Assembly: GCA_032117075.1 (NCBI GenBank)
Contig: JAUMAA010000001.1
Coordinates: forward strand, 13,597 to 77,596
Direction of reading: 5' to 3'
Length of the DNA stretch: 64,000 nt
Source of the DNA: Patescibacteria group bacterium
Lineage (GTDB): Bacteria > Patescibacteriota > WWE3 > UBA101185 > UBA10185
Shown: one piece after another, positions 28,512 to 37,380 of the stretch
Layout: each line of letters opens with the position of its first letter
Numbering within the stretch: position 1 is the stretch's first letter
The notes under the pieces: model-generated
What the model saw: only the letters and a program-made list of their open reading frames with translations
Database searches by the model: none
What the model was told of the DNA's origin: nothing
Made by a program: the position numbers and the translations under genes

Positions 28512-29666
28512 ATGGCTATTTCAGAATTCAGAGCGGCTATTAATCAAGTTGCTACCGAAAGAGGAATTTCTGCTCACGATGTACTTGACTCTGTAAGAGT
28601 TGCTTTAGCAAAGGCTTATGTCAAAGATTTTGGGGGAACTTCCGAAGATATTAAAGTTGAATTAGATGAGGAAACAGGAGAATCAAGAATTTTTGATTTG
28701 AATGATAAAGATATTACTCCATCAGGATTTGGAAGAATTGCTGCAAGTACAGCAAAACAAGTTATTATTCAAAAAATAAGAGAAACAGAAAAGGCAGCAA
28801 TCATTGAGGAAATGAAAGTTAAAATTAAAAAAATTGTACCTGGAACCATCTTCAAAGTTGAAAATGGTCTAGTTGTTGTAGATTTAGGTAAAACTCAAGG
28901 AATAATGCCAAGAGGTGAGCAGGTTTCAGCAGAATCCTACACACCAGGTCAAAGATTAAAAGTGTATGTAAAAGAAATAAGAGACGGTTCAAGAGGAACT
29001 GAAGTTATAGTTTCAAGATCTGATGCTGAATTTGTTGCTCAATTGTTTGAAGAAGAAGTTCCTGAAATAGGAAATGGAACTGTTGAAATTGTTGGAATTG
29101 CCAGAGAAGCTGGTTCTAGAACCAAAATGGCCGTTTATTCTAATGACGACAAAATCGATCCAGTTGGAAGCTGTGTTGGTCAAAAAGGTGTAAGAGTTCA
29201 AGCAATCATCCAAGAATTATTTGGTGAAAAGATTGATATTATCCCTTTTGCTACTTCCGTAGAAAAGTTTATTGCAGCTTCACTTTCTCCAGCTAGAGTA
29301 ACCGAAGTTGAGATTAATGAGGCGGAGAAAACAGCAGTTGTATCTGTTCCAGAGGATCAATTAAGTTTAGCAATTGGTAAAGAAGGTCAAAATGTAAGAC
29401 TTGCTTTCAAATTAACAAAATGGAAAATCGATATTAAAGGAGTTAAGGGAGTATTTGATAACTTTTCTGGTGAAGAAAGACCGGCTAGAGAAAGTGCTCA
29501 ATCAATTAAAGGAATTTGGGACGAGGAAATCGCTACTTTGAAAGAAAATAAAGAAGCGGAAGCTAAAGCAAAACAAGAAGAAACTGAGAAAATGAAAGCA
29601 ACGGCTGAGGAAGTACAAGAATCAACAGAAGAGGTAATTTCTGATGAAACTAATGTTCAAGAGTAA
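28512..29666 (+). CDS. nusA: transcription factor NusA
   Basis: FGRIAA..AKQV, AREAG.RTK, CVGQKGVR, AIGKEGQNVRLA. Confidence 0.97.
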   Translation: MAISEFRAAINQVATERGISAHDVLDSVRVALAKAYVKDFGGTSEDIKVELDEETGESRIFDLNDKDITPSGFGRIAASTAKQVIIQKIRETEKAAIIEEMKVKIKKIVPGTIFKVENGLVVVDLGKTQGIMPRGEQVSAESYTPGQRLKVYVKEIRDGSRGTEVIVSRSDAEFVAQLFEEEVPEIGNGTVEIVGIAREAGSRTKMAVYSNDDKIDPVGSCVGQKGVRVQAIIQELFGEKIDIIPFATSVEKFIAASLSPARVTEVEINEAEKTAVVSVPEDQLSLAIGKEGQNVRLAFKLTKWKIDIKGVKGVFDNFSGEERPARESAQSIKGIWDEEIATLKENKEAEAKAKQEETEKMKATAEEVQESTEEVISDETNVQE

Positions 29667-29690
29667 TTAAATTACGGGAAAGAAAATTAA

Positions 29691-31160
29691 ATGAGTGATG
29701 TATTTTATAGACCTCCAATAGTAACTGTCATGGGTCATGTTGACCATGGTAAGACATCTATTTTAGATGCTATCAGAAAAACAAATGTGACAGCAAAAGA
29801 ATTTGGAGGTATCACTCAACACATCGGTGCTTACCAAATAGAATTTAATTCCAAAAAAATCACATTTATAGACACACCAGGTCACGCAGCATTCTCCCAA
29901 ATGAGGTCTAGGGGAGGTAAAGTTGCTGATATTGTTATTTTAGTTGTTGCAGCTGATGCAGGAGTTCAAGCTCAAACTAAAGAAGCAATTGCCCATGCAA
30001 AAGATTCTGGAGGAACAATTATAGTTGCTATCAATAAGATAGACTTACCTGCTGCTGATGCTCAGAAAGCAAAACAACAGTTAGCACAGGAAGATATTTT
30101 AGTAGAAGATTGGGGTGGTTCTATTGTTGCAGTAGAAGTTTCCGCTAAAACTGGAAAAGGTTTAGATAAGTTATTAGAAATGATCCAATTAATAGCTGAT
30201 ATGCAGGAAATTAAAGCTAGACCAGAAGGAGCTTTAGAAGCAATTATTATTGAAGCTAAAATGGACAAGAAAAAAGGAGCACTAGTAAATGTAATTGTTA
30301 AAGATGGAACAATTAAAATTGGTGATGAAGTTTATGCATCTGGAAAAATTGCAAAAATTAGGTCCCTCATGAACGATAGAGGTCAAATGCTAAAAGAAGC
30401 TTTTCCAGGAGATCCAGTAGAGATTTTAGGTTTTAAAGAAATTCCTAGTGTTGGAGATACCATTGTTCAAAGAGGTAGTGGTTTAGAAGAATTTTCTGAA
30501 AGTACAGACAAAGTAGAGATTGTTGGAAAAGATACTAAGAAAACAATTAATTTAATTCTAAAAGCCGATACATCTGGAACCTTGGAGGCTGTTAAAGCAT
30601 CTCTTTCCAGCTTGGTTACTGCAAATGTAAATGCAGATTATTCTATTAAGTTCTTATTAACATCCACAGGTGAAATCTCTGATTCAGATGTTTTATTAGC
30701 TCAAAGTACACATGGTTTGATTGTTGGATTCAATCTAAAAGTTGCTCCAAGTATTGAGGACCTAGCAGAATCCAAAAATGTTTTTATCAAAGTTTACAAA
30801 ACAATTTATGAATTAATTGATGATGTTAAAGACATTTTAGAGGGTAAAGCAGTTTCTGATGAGGAGAAGATTAAAGGAAGGGCAGTCATTCAAAAATTAT
30901 TTAAATTACCTTCAGGTGATATGGTTTTAGGATGTAAAATTTTAGCTGGATCTATTAAGGATACTTCTAGAATTTCTATTTTTGCCCAAAATCCAGCTGA
31001 ATTAACCAAAGATGACATTCCTTTGTATACAGGAAATGTGAAAACTCTAAAAAGAGGCAGGGATGATATAAAAGTAGCAGGTAAAGACACTGAATGCGGT
31101 GTTCTTCTTAAACCTGAGTATTTAGAAGCAAAAGAAGGGTTTTATATTGAAGTTAGGTAA
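29691..31160 (+). CDS. infB: translation initiation factor IF-2 (no N-terminal domain)
   Basis: RPPIVTVMGHVDHGKT, GGITQHIGAY, DTPGHAAF, NKID. Confidence 0.95.
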   Translation: MSDVFYRPPIVTVMGHVDHGKTSILDAIRKTNVTAKEFGGITQHIGAYQIEFNSKKITFIDTPGHAAFSQMRSRGGKVADIVILVVAADAGVQAQTKEAIAHAKDSGGTIIVAINKIDLPAADAQKAKQQLAQEDILVEDWGGSIVAVEVSAKTGKGLDKLLEMIQLIADMQEIKARPEGALEAIIIEAKMDKKKGALVNVIVKDGTIKIGDEVYASGKIAKIRSLMNDRGQMLKEAFPGDPVEILGFKEIPSVGDTIVQRGSGLEEFSESTDKVEIVGKDTKKTINLILKADTSGTLEAVKASLSSLVTANVNADYSIKFLLTSTGEISDSDVLLAQSTHGLIVGFNLKVAPSIEDLAESKNVFIKVYKTIYELIDDVKDILEGKAVSDEEKIKGRAVIQKLFKLPSGDMVLGCKILAGSIKDTSRISIFAQNPAELTKDDIPLYTGNVKTLKRGRDDIKVAGKDTECGVLLKPEYLEAKEGFYIEVR

Positions 31161-31194
31161 TTGAAAAATAAACCTAATTTGTTAAAATAGCATC

Positions 31195-31464
31195 ATGGCA
31201 TTAAACAAAGATACAAAAACAACTATTATTACTTCTCATAAGATTCATGATAAAGATACTGGGTCTCCTGAGGTTCAAATTGCATTATTATCAGAAAAGA
31301 TTAGTAAATTATCGGATCATTTGAAAGTTCACAAAAAAGATGTCCACTCAACAAGGGGTCTACTTCAATTAGTAAATAAAAGAAGAAGATTATTGGCATC
31401 ATTACTTAAAAAAGATACTGCTAGACACATTTCTCTAATTTCTAAATTAGGTCTAAAAAAATAG
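31195..31464 (+). CDS. rpsO: 30S ribosomal protein S15
   Basis: [19 protein letters not shown]. Confidence 0.97.
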   Translation: MALNKDTKTTIITSHKIHDKDTGSPEVQIALLSEKISKLSDHLKVHKKDVHSTRGLLQLVNKRRRLLASLLKKDTARHISLISKLGLKK

Positions 31465-31494
31465 ACCTAAAGTATTTAGTTTTGGTCAACTAGG

Positions 31495-31522
31495 AATTGA
31501 GAACTTTGTTCTCAATTTTTTT
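31495..31522 (+). terminator. terminator hairpin in rpsO-pnp spacer
   Basis: AATTGAGAAC-TTT-GTTCTCAATT followed by a T-run. Confidence 0.75.
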
Positions 31523-31545
31523 ATTGAGAACAAAACTAAATAAAT

Positions 31546-33642
31546 ATGAAAAAAATAATAAAAAAAGAAATAAATTTCCTCGGTAAAAATTTAATAATTG
31601 AATCAGGCGAGTTAGCTTTAATGGCAGATAACGCTGTTAAGTTGACCTACGGTGAAACTACAGTTTTAGCTACAGTGGTCATGGGGCCTTCAGACCCATC
31701 AATTGATTTTTTTGATTTAAGAGTTCATTATGACCCAAAACTTTATGCTGCGGGAATGATTAAATCATCTAAGTATATTAAAAGAGACGGCAAACCAAAC
31801 GATGAAGCAGTGATTACTAGAAGATTGATTGACCATGCAATCAGACCTTTGTTTCCAAGAGATTTTAATAATGCAGTGCAAGTTATTGCTACAGTTTTAT
31901 CATTGGATAGAGATGCCGACCCTGAGTTTGCCTCATTACTAGCTGTATCCGCAGCACTTCATTCTTCTCAAATTCCTTTTTATGGCCCAATGACAAGTGT
32001 AAAAGTTGGATTAAAAGAGGGACAAACCGTAATTAACCCAACTAAAGATGAATCCCATGCTCTTGATTTAAATATGATTATTTCTTTTTCAGGAAAGGAA
32101 AGGGATTTTTTAGCTGTGGAGGCAGAAGCGAATATTGTTCCTGAAGATAAATTAATTGAGGTTATTAATAATGCTAACTCTGCCTGTATACCTCTTGTTG
32201 AATTTCTTGAGGATTTTGCAAATGAGTTAAACCCTGGAATAAAAAAAATAGATTATATACCAAGTAAAATTTCAGATGATGTTATAGATGAAATTAGTAA
32301 AGAATTTTTTGATGACTTAAATTCTGCATTTAATAAAGGTTTAGATAAGATTGCTTTAAATATAGAAGTTAAAAAAATCAAAGAATTAGCAAACAAGCAA
32401 TTTTCCGAAAAATATGATAACGGAATTATTTCTCAGGTTTTTGAACATTTGGAGAAAAAAATATTGCAGAAAATGATTTTAGAAGATAATAAAAGACCGG
32501 ATGGAAGAGGTCAGTTTGATATAAGAGAATTAAGTTCAAAGGTATCTTATCTACCAAAAGTTCATGGATCTGGTCTATTTACTAGGGGTATTACTCAAGC
32601 TCTATCAATTGCAACCTTAGGCACATTGGAAGATGCAATGGTTATTCAAGACTTCTACGGTGAGGAAACTAAATACTATATGCATCATTATAGTTTCCCT
32701 CCGTACTCCTCTGGAGAAATTGGTAAAACAGGAGGAGCTGGGGGAAGAGAAATTGGCCATGGAATGCTTGCAGAGAGAGGGTTAAAAGCAGTCATCCCTT
32801 CTATCTCAGATTTCCCGTATACAATTATGGTTAACACTGAGGTCACCTCTTCATCAGGGTCTACATCTATGGCAGCTGCTTGCGGATCTTGTTTAGCATT
32901 AATGGATGCTGGGGTACCTTTAAAAGATATGGTTGCAGGAATAGGTGTAGGTTTAGTTGTTAACGATGATTTTTCAAAATACAAAATAATTACAGATATT
33001 GCTTATCTTGAAGATGCCGGTGGTTTCATGGATTTTAAAATGATAGGTACTAAAGAGGGTGTGACTGCAATTCAATGCGATATCAAATTAAAAGGTATTC
33101 CTATGAAGTTAATACCAGACATTATTAAACAATCTAGAGAAGCAAGACTACAGGTCTTAGATCATATGATAAAGACGATATCTGAACCACGAAAAGATTT
33201 ATCGGTCAATGTTCCAAAGTTTGATATGATTAAAATTTCACCTGAAAAAATAGGGGTAGTAATTGGAAGTGGCGGTAAAACAATTAAGGATATTCAAACT
33301 AAAACTGATACTGTTTTAAGTATTGAAGATTCAGGTAGGATTGTTATTTCTGGTTATTCAAATGAAGGTATATCAATGGCTAAAGGAATGGTTGATGGGT
33401 TAACAAGAGAAATTAAAGCTGGTGAGGTTTACAATGGAAAAGTTGTAAAGGTAGTTGAATTTGGAGCTTTTGTGGAAATTCTTCCAGGTAAGGAAGGACT
33501 TCTTCATGTGAGTGAGATTTCAAATGAATTTGTAAAAGATGTAAAAACAGTTGTTAAAGAAGGTGATGAGTTTGAGGTTATGGTTAAGGGAGTAGAAAAC
33601 GGTAAGATTTCTTTATCTAAAAAGGCATTAATCAAAAATTAA
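31546..33642 (+). CDS. pnp: polyribonucleotide nucleotidyltransferase
   Basis: RPLFP, RPDGR, HGSGLFTRG, REIGHG, MDFK, KH (IGSGGK) and S1 domains. Confidence 0.97.
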   Translation: MKKIIKKEINFLGKNLIIESGELALMADNAVKLTYGETTVLATVVMGPSDPSIDFFDLRVHYDPKLYAAGMIKSSKYIKRDGKPNDEAVITRRLIDHAIRPLFPRDFNNAVQVIATVLSLDRDADPEFASLLAVSAALHSSQIPFYGPMTSVKVGLKEGQTVINPTKDESHALDLNMIISFSGKERDFLAVEAEANIVPEDKLIEVINNANSACIPLVEFLEDFANELNPGIKKIDYIPSKISDDVIDEISKEFFDDLNSAFNKGLDKIALNIEVKKIKELANKQFSEKYDNGIISQVFEHLEKKILQKMILEDNKRPDGRGQFDIRELSSKVSYLPKVHGSGLFTRGITQALSIATLGTLEDAMVIQDFYGEETKYYMHHYSFPPYSSGEIGKTGGAGGREIGHGMLAERGLKAVIPSISDFPYTIMVNTEVTSSSGSTSMAAACGSCLALMDAGVPLKDMVAGIGVGLVVNDDFSKYKIITDIAYLEDAGGFMDFKMIGTKEGVTAIQCDIKLKGIPMKLIPDIIKQSREARLQVLDHMIKTISEPRKDLSVNVPKFDMIKISPEKIGVVIGSGGKTIKDIQTKTDTVLSIEDSGRIVISGYSNEGISMAKGMVDGLTREIKAGEVYNGKVVKVVEFGAFVEILPGKEGLLHVSEISNEFVKDVKTVVKEGDEFEVMVKGVENGKISLSKKALIKN

Positions 33643-33679
33643 TGATAAATTAATTCAAAATTAATGGTAAATTTTAGAT

Positions 33680-33958
33680 ATGAGAATTTGTCCTGTTTGT
33701 AATTATAAACTTAATGAGTATAGCTACTTCTTTTGTGAGAATTGTAGAAATGCTTTGCCTCAGGGACTTTTCAAATTACCTAAACCAATTTTATTAAATT
33801 TAAGACTAAAATACGAAATAAGCCCAACATATAAGTTTTTATTTTTTAAAATTCCATACGAAAATAGATTTTCAGCTCAGTTAATTACAGCAATTCTTTT
33901 GATTTTCATTTCTTTTTTATTAGCTTTTTATTTGTTTAATCAAAGGTTATGGCTGTAG
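33680..33958 (+). CDS. zinc-ribbon protein with C-terminal TM
   Basis: CPVC...CENC then hydrophobic tail; overlaps the next gene. Confidence 0.65.
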   Translation: MRICPVCNYKLNEYSYFFCENCRNALPQGLFKLPKPILLNLRLKYEISPTYKFLFFKIPYENRFSAQLITAILLIFISFLLAFYLFNQRLWL

Positions 33959-35037
33959 ATATTGATAATAAAAATTCTCAAATAGATTTCGTTTTTGAAG
34001 AGTTAAATGGAATCAAAAATAAAATTGATTTGTGCTCAGATTTACCTGAAGATTTAAGAGATAAGGCTTTAAAAATTTTAGATAGAGTAAATAGAATTGC
34101 TAAGCTTGGAAATTACAGTTCAGAATTTGAAAATTTATCTAAATATGTAGATGTTATAACCCAAATTCCTTGGAATAAATATTCTGAAGACAGCCTTGAT
34201 ATTAAATTTGCAGAAGAAATTCTAGAAAAAAATCACTACGGAATTAGGGATGTTAAAGAAAGAATAATCGAGTATCTTTCTACAATGATTCTTTTAAAAC
34301 AAAGAGGTGCTACTGACCAAGGAAAATCCCCCGTTATCTTGTTCGTAGGTTTACAGGGAATCGGTAAAACAACTATCTCTACCTCAATTGCAGAGGCCCT
34401 ACAAAGAACTTTTATAAGAATTCCGATGGGAGGTTTGGGATCTGTACAGGAATTAAGGGGAGTGAGTAGAACTGTTGCAGATGCTGAGCCAGGTCAGATT
34501 ATTAAATCTTTAATTAAAGCTGGGGTTAGAAATCCTGTTATCTTACTTGATGAGATAGATAAAACTTCCGGAAGCGAGAGTTTGAGGTTTGATTTCATGG
34601 CAGTATTACTAGAAATTCTTGACCCAAATCAAAATCATAACTTTAGAGACCAGTATTTGGATTATCCTTTTGATCTTTCTGATGTAGTTTTTATATGTTC
34701 GGCTAATTACACAAACACAATTGCGGCAGCGCTGATAGATAGAATGGAGGTCATTAAAATGCCTTCCTATACTGACATTGAAAAAGTTGAGATTGGAAAA
34801 AAATATCTTTTCCCTAAGATTTTAAAAAACATGGGATTAAAACCAGAAGAGTTAACAATTGATGAAAATTTATGGATTAATGTTGTTAGACCATTTGGTT
34901 TTGACGCAGGAATAAGAAGTTTACAAAGAACACTCGAGGGTATTGCAAGAAAAGTAGCAAGGGAAATTGTAGAAGGAAAAACTACTTCCGTTAAACTTTC
35001 AGAGCAAAATTTAAAGCAGTATTTGCCAAAGTATTAG
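33949..35037 (+). CDS. Lon-type AAA+ ATPase without protease domain
   Basis: IPW, HYG..DVKERIIEYL, GLQGIGKT, LLDEIDK, LEILDP.QN..F.D.YL, DRMEVI; stops after the helical subdomain. Confidence 0.88.
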   Translation: MAVDIDNKNSQIDFVFEELNGIKNKIDLCSDLPEDLRDKALKILDRVNRIAKLGNYSSEFENLSKYVDVITQIPWNKYSEDSLDIKFAEEILEKNHYGIRDVKERIIEYLSTMILLKQRGATDQGKSPVILFVGLQGIGKTTISTSIAEALQRTFIRIPMGGLGSVQELRGVSRTVADAEPGQIIKSLIKAGVRNPVILLDEIDKTSGSESLRFDFMAVLLEILDPNQNHNFRDQYLDYPFDLSDVVFICSANYTNTIAAALIDRMEVIKMPSYTDIEKVEIGKKYLFPKILKNMGLKPEELTIDENLWINVVRPFGFDAGIRSLQRTLEGIARKVAREIVEGKTTSVKLSEQNLKQYLPKY

Positions 35038-35048
35038 GATTTTTATAA

Positions 35049-35612
35049 ATGCTTTCCAAACAAGAAAATTACAATAATCTCTCAATTGAAATACGACAAT
35101 GTAGAAATTGTTCTTTATGTGAAACAGCAATTCAAGCAGTCGTAGGTGAAGGTAGTCTTGAAACTAAAGTAATTTTTATTGGAGAAGCTCCTGGAAGGAA
35201 TGAAGATGAGCAAGGAAGGCCTTTTGTAGGAAGAGCTGGAAAGCTTTTAGAAGGATGTTTAAATTCAATCGGACTTGAAAGGGGCGATGTTTGGATAGGT
35301 AATCTAATCAAACATCGCCCTCCTAAAAACAGAGACCCTAATCTCGATGAAATAAAAGCTTGTCAGGGGTTTTTAACTAGGCAAATAGAGATTATAAAGC
35401 CCGAGATAATAGTAACTTTGGGTCGGTTCTCCTTTAATTATTTCTTTCCGGATGATAAAATAGGTTCGGAAAGAGGAAAGTTGAAAAGATTAGGGAATTA
35501 TCTTATTTTTCCAGTTTATCATCCGGCAGCTGCCTTAAGAAATAAAAAATTTTTAAGCACCCTCCAAGATGACTTTTTGCAACTTTCTAAACATCTACAA
35601 GAATTAAAGTAA
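35049..35612 (+). CDS. uracil-DNA glycosylase family 4
   Basis: CRNCSLC, GEAPG..ED, PFVGRAG, RPP.NRDP, YHPAA. Confidence 0.95.
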   Translation: MLSKQENYNNLSIEIRQCRNCSLCETAIQAVVGEGSLETKVIFIGEAPGRNEDEQGRPFVGRAGKLLEGCLNSIGLERGDVWIGNLIKHRPPKNRDPNLDEIKACQGFLTRQIEIIKPEIIVTLGRFSFNYFFPDDKIGSERGKLKRLGNYLIFPVYHPAAALRNKKFLSTLQDDFLQLSKHLQELK

Positions 35613-35613
35613 T

Positions 35614-37380
35614 ATGATAGGTTTTTTGAACAAAGATAAAAATACAGTTTCTAATCAAAATGACGAGCTTTCTTTTAAACAAGAAGCAGGTAAACCAGAA
35701 TTTAAAATATTATCACTTTCAGGAAGTTTTTCTGCAACTAAAAACATGACTGTTTATGAATGTGGTGAGGATATTATTATTGTTGACTGTGGTATTGGTT
35801 TTCCAGAAAAATCAATGCATGGTGTTGATTTGGTAATTCCAGATTTTTCATATCTAAGAGATAAAAAAGATAGAATCAGAGGTTTGTTTATAACTCACTC
35901 ACACGAAGACCATATTGGAGCTGTGGCCTTCTTTTTAGAAGAGTTTGATGTCCCAATGTACTCTTCAAGATTAGCTCAAGAATATGTAAAAGAAAAAATA
36001 AAAGATAGAGGCTTGGCTGATGTTGCAAGAAGGGTAGAATTTAAAACATTTGTGCCTGAGGATTCTCCAGTTGTTTTAGGAAATTTTAAAATTTCAGGAT
36101 TTAGAACTAACCACTCTGTACCTTCAGGTGTAGCTTATATAATTGATACTCCTCAAGGAAGGGTTGTACATGCTGCTGACTATAAATTTGATACCGATCC
36201 AGTATTAGACAAACCTGCAGATGTTGCTGCAATTAGAAGAGTTGGAGATGCTGGTGTTTTATGTATGCTTTCTGACTGTTTAGGTTGTTCTGTAGATGGC
36301 GGAAGTACTCCAGAGACTACTCTAGCTCCTACATTTGAATCGGTTATGAAAAATGCTTATGGTAGACAACTATTTATTACTGTTATTTCTTCAAATTTAG
36401 CAAGAATGCACCAGATTATTGAAGCATCTATAAAACACGGAAGAAAAGTAGTTTTATCAGGAAGATCTATGGACCAAACTGTCAGAATAGGAACTGAACT
36501 AGGTTATTTACCTTTTGCTAAAGAGAATTATGTGAATGAAAAAGAAGCTTTTAAATTAGATCAATCAAAACTTACCTATTTAATCGCCGGATGTTTTGGT
36601 CAGGTAGGTTCATCATTAGATAGGGTTTCAAAAGGCGAGAATGATGACATTTTACTTCAAGAAAATGCTTTAGTTGTGTTTTCAGCAGAACCTAATCCTC
36701 CTGGGGTAGATGTCGATGTTTTAGCGATGATGGATCGGTTGGTAATGGAAGGTGCTGAGATTTATGCACAATTCCTTCACTCAAGAGTTCATGAACACCT
36801 ACATATCTCAGGACACGGTCACAGGGATGACCTGAAATTAATGGCCAACCTACTTAAACCAAAATATATTATTCCTATCGGAGATACCGTTGTTAAAATG
36901 AGGGTTTATAAAGAAATGATGCAGGATGAGATGGGAATTTCAGAAGATAGAATTTTTGAAATGATGGATGGTGATTCTTTGATTTTCAATAATGGTGTCG
37001 CAAAAATGGGTAAAAAAATTGATACCGAGGATGTTTTTGTAAATTCCAATACCTATACTCAAATTCCAGCTATAGTTGTTAAAGACAGGGATAAACTTTC
37101 TACCGATGGAATTTTTGTCGTTACAGTTGTTTTAGATAAAGATAGAATGCCGATTAAAGGTAAAGTAGATATTGTTACTAGAGGTTTAGTTGTTGTATCT
37201 GATTCAAAGATTTTTATTGGAAAAGCTAAGGATATTGTGAATAAAACTTTGGATAAAAATACAGATAAGATAAACGAATGGAATTTCTTAAAAGGAAAGA
37301 TTGAAAAAAATATTGAAAGATTTATCTATAAAGAAACTGGAAAAAGACCAATCATTCTGATTATTGGAATTAATTCGTAG
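35614..37380 (+). CDS. rnj: ribonuclease J
   Basis: KNM, VDCG, THSHEDHIG, NHS, DYK, HISGH. Confidence 0.93.
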   Translation: MIGFLNKDKNTVSNQNDELSFKQEAGKPEFKILSLSGSFSATKNMTVYECGEDIIIVDCGIGFPEKSMHGVDLVIPDFSYLRDKKDRIRGLFITHSHEDHIGAVAFFLEEFDVPMYSSRLAQEYVKEKIKDRGLADVARRVEFKTFVPEDSPVVLGNFKISGFRTNHSVPSGVAYIIDTPQGRVVHAADYKFDTDPVLDKPADVAAIRRVGDAGVLCMLSDCLGCSVDGGSTPETTLAPTFESVMKNAYGRQLFITVISSNLARMHQIIEASIKHGRKVVLSGRSMDQTVRIGTELGYLPFAKENYVNEKEAFKLDQSKLTYLIAGCFGQVGSSLDRVSKGENDDILLQENALVVFSAEPNPPGVDVDVLAMMDRLVMEGAEIYAQFLHSRVHEHLHISGHGHRDDLKLMANLLKPKYIIPIGDTVVKMRVYKEMMQDEMGISEDRIFEMMDGDSLIFNNGVAKMGKKIDTEDVFVNSNTYTQIPAIVVKDRDKLSTDGIFVVTVVLDKDRMPIKGKVDIVTRGLVVVSDSKIFIGKAKDIVNKTLDKNTDKINEWNFLKGKIEKNIERFIYKETGKRPIILIIGINS

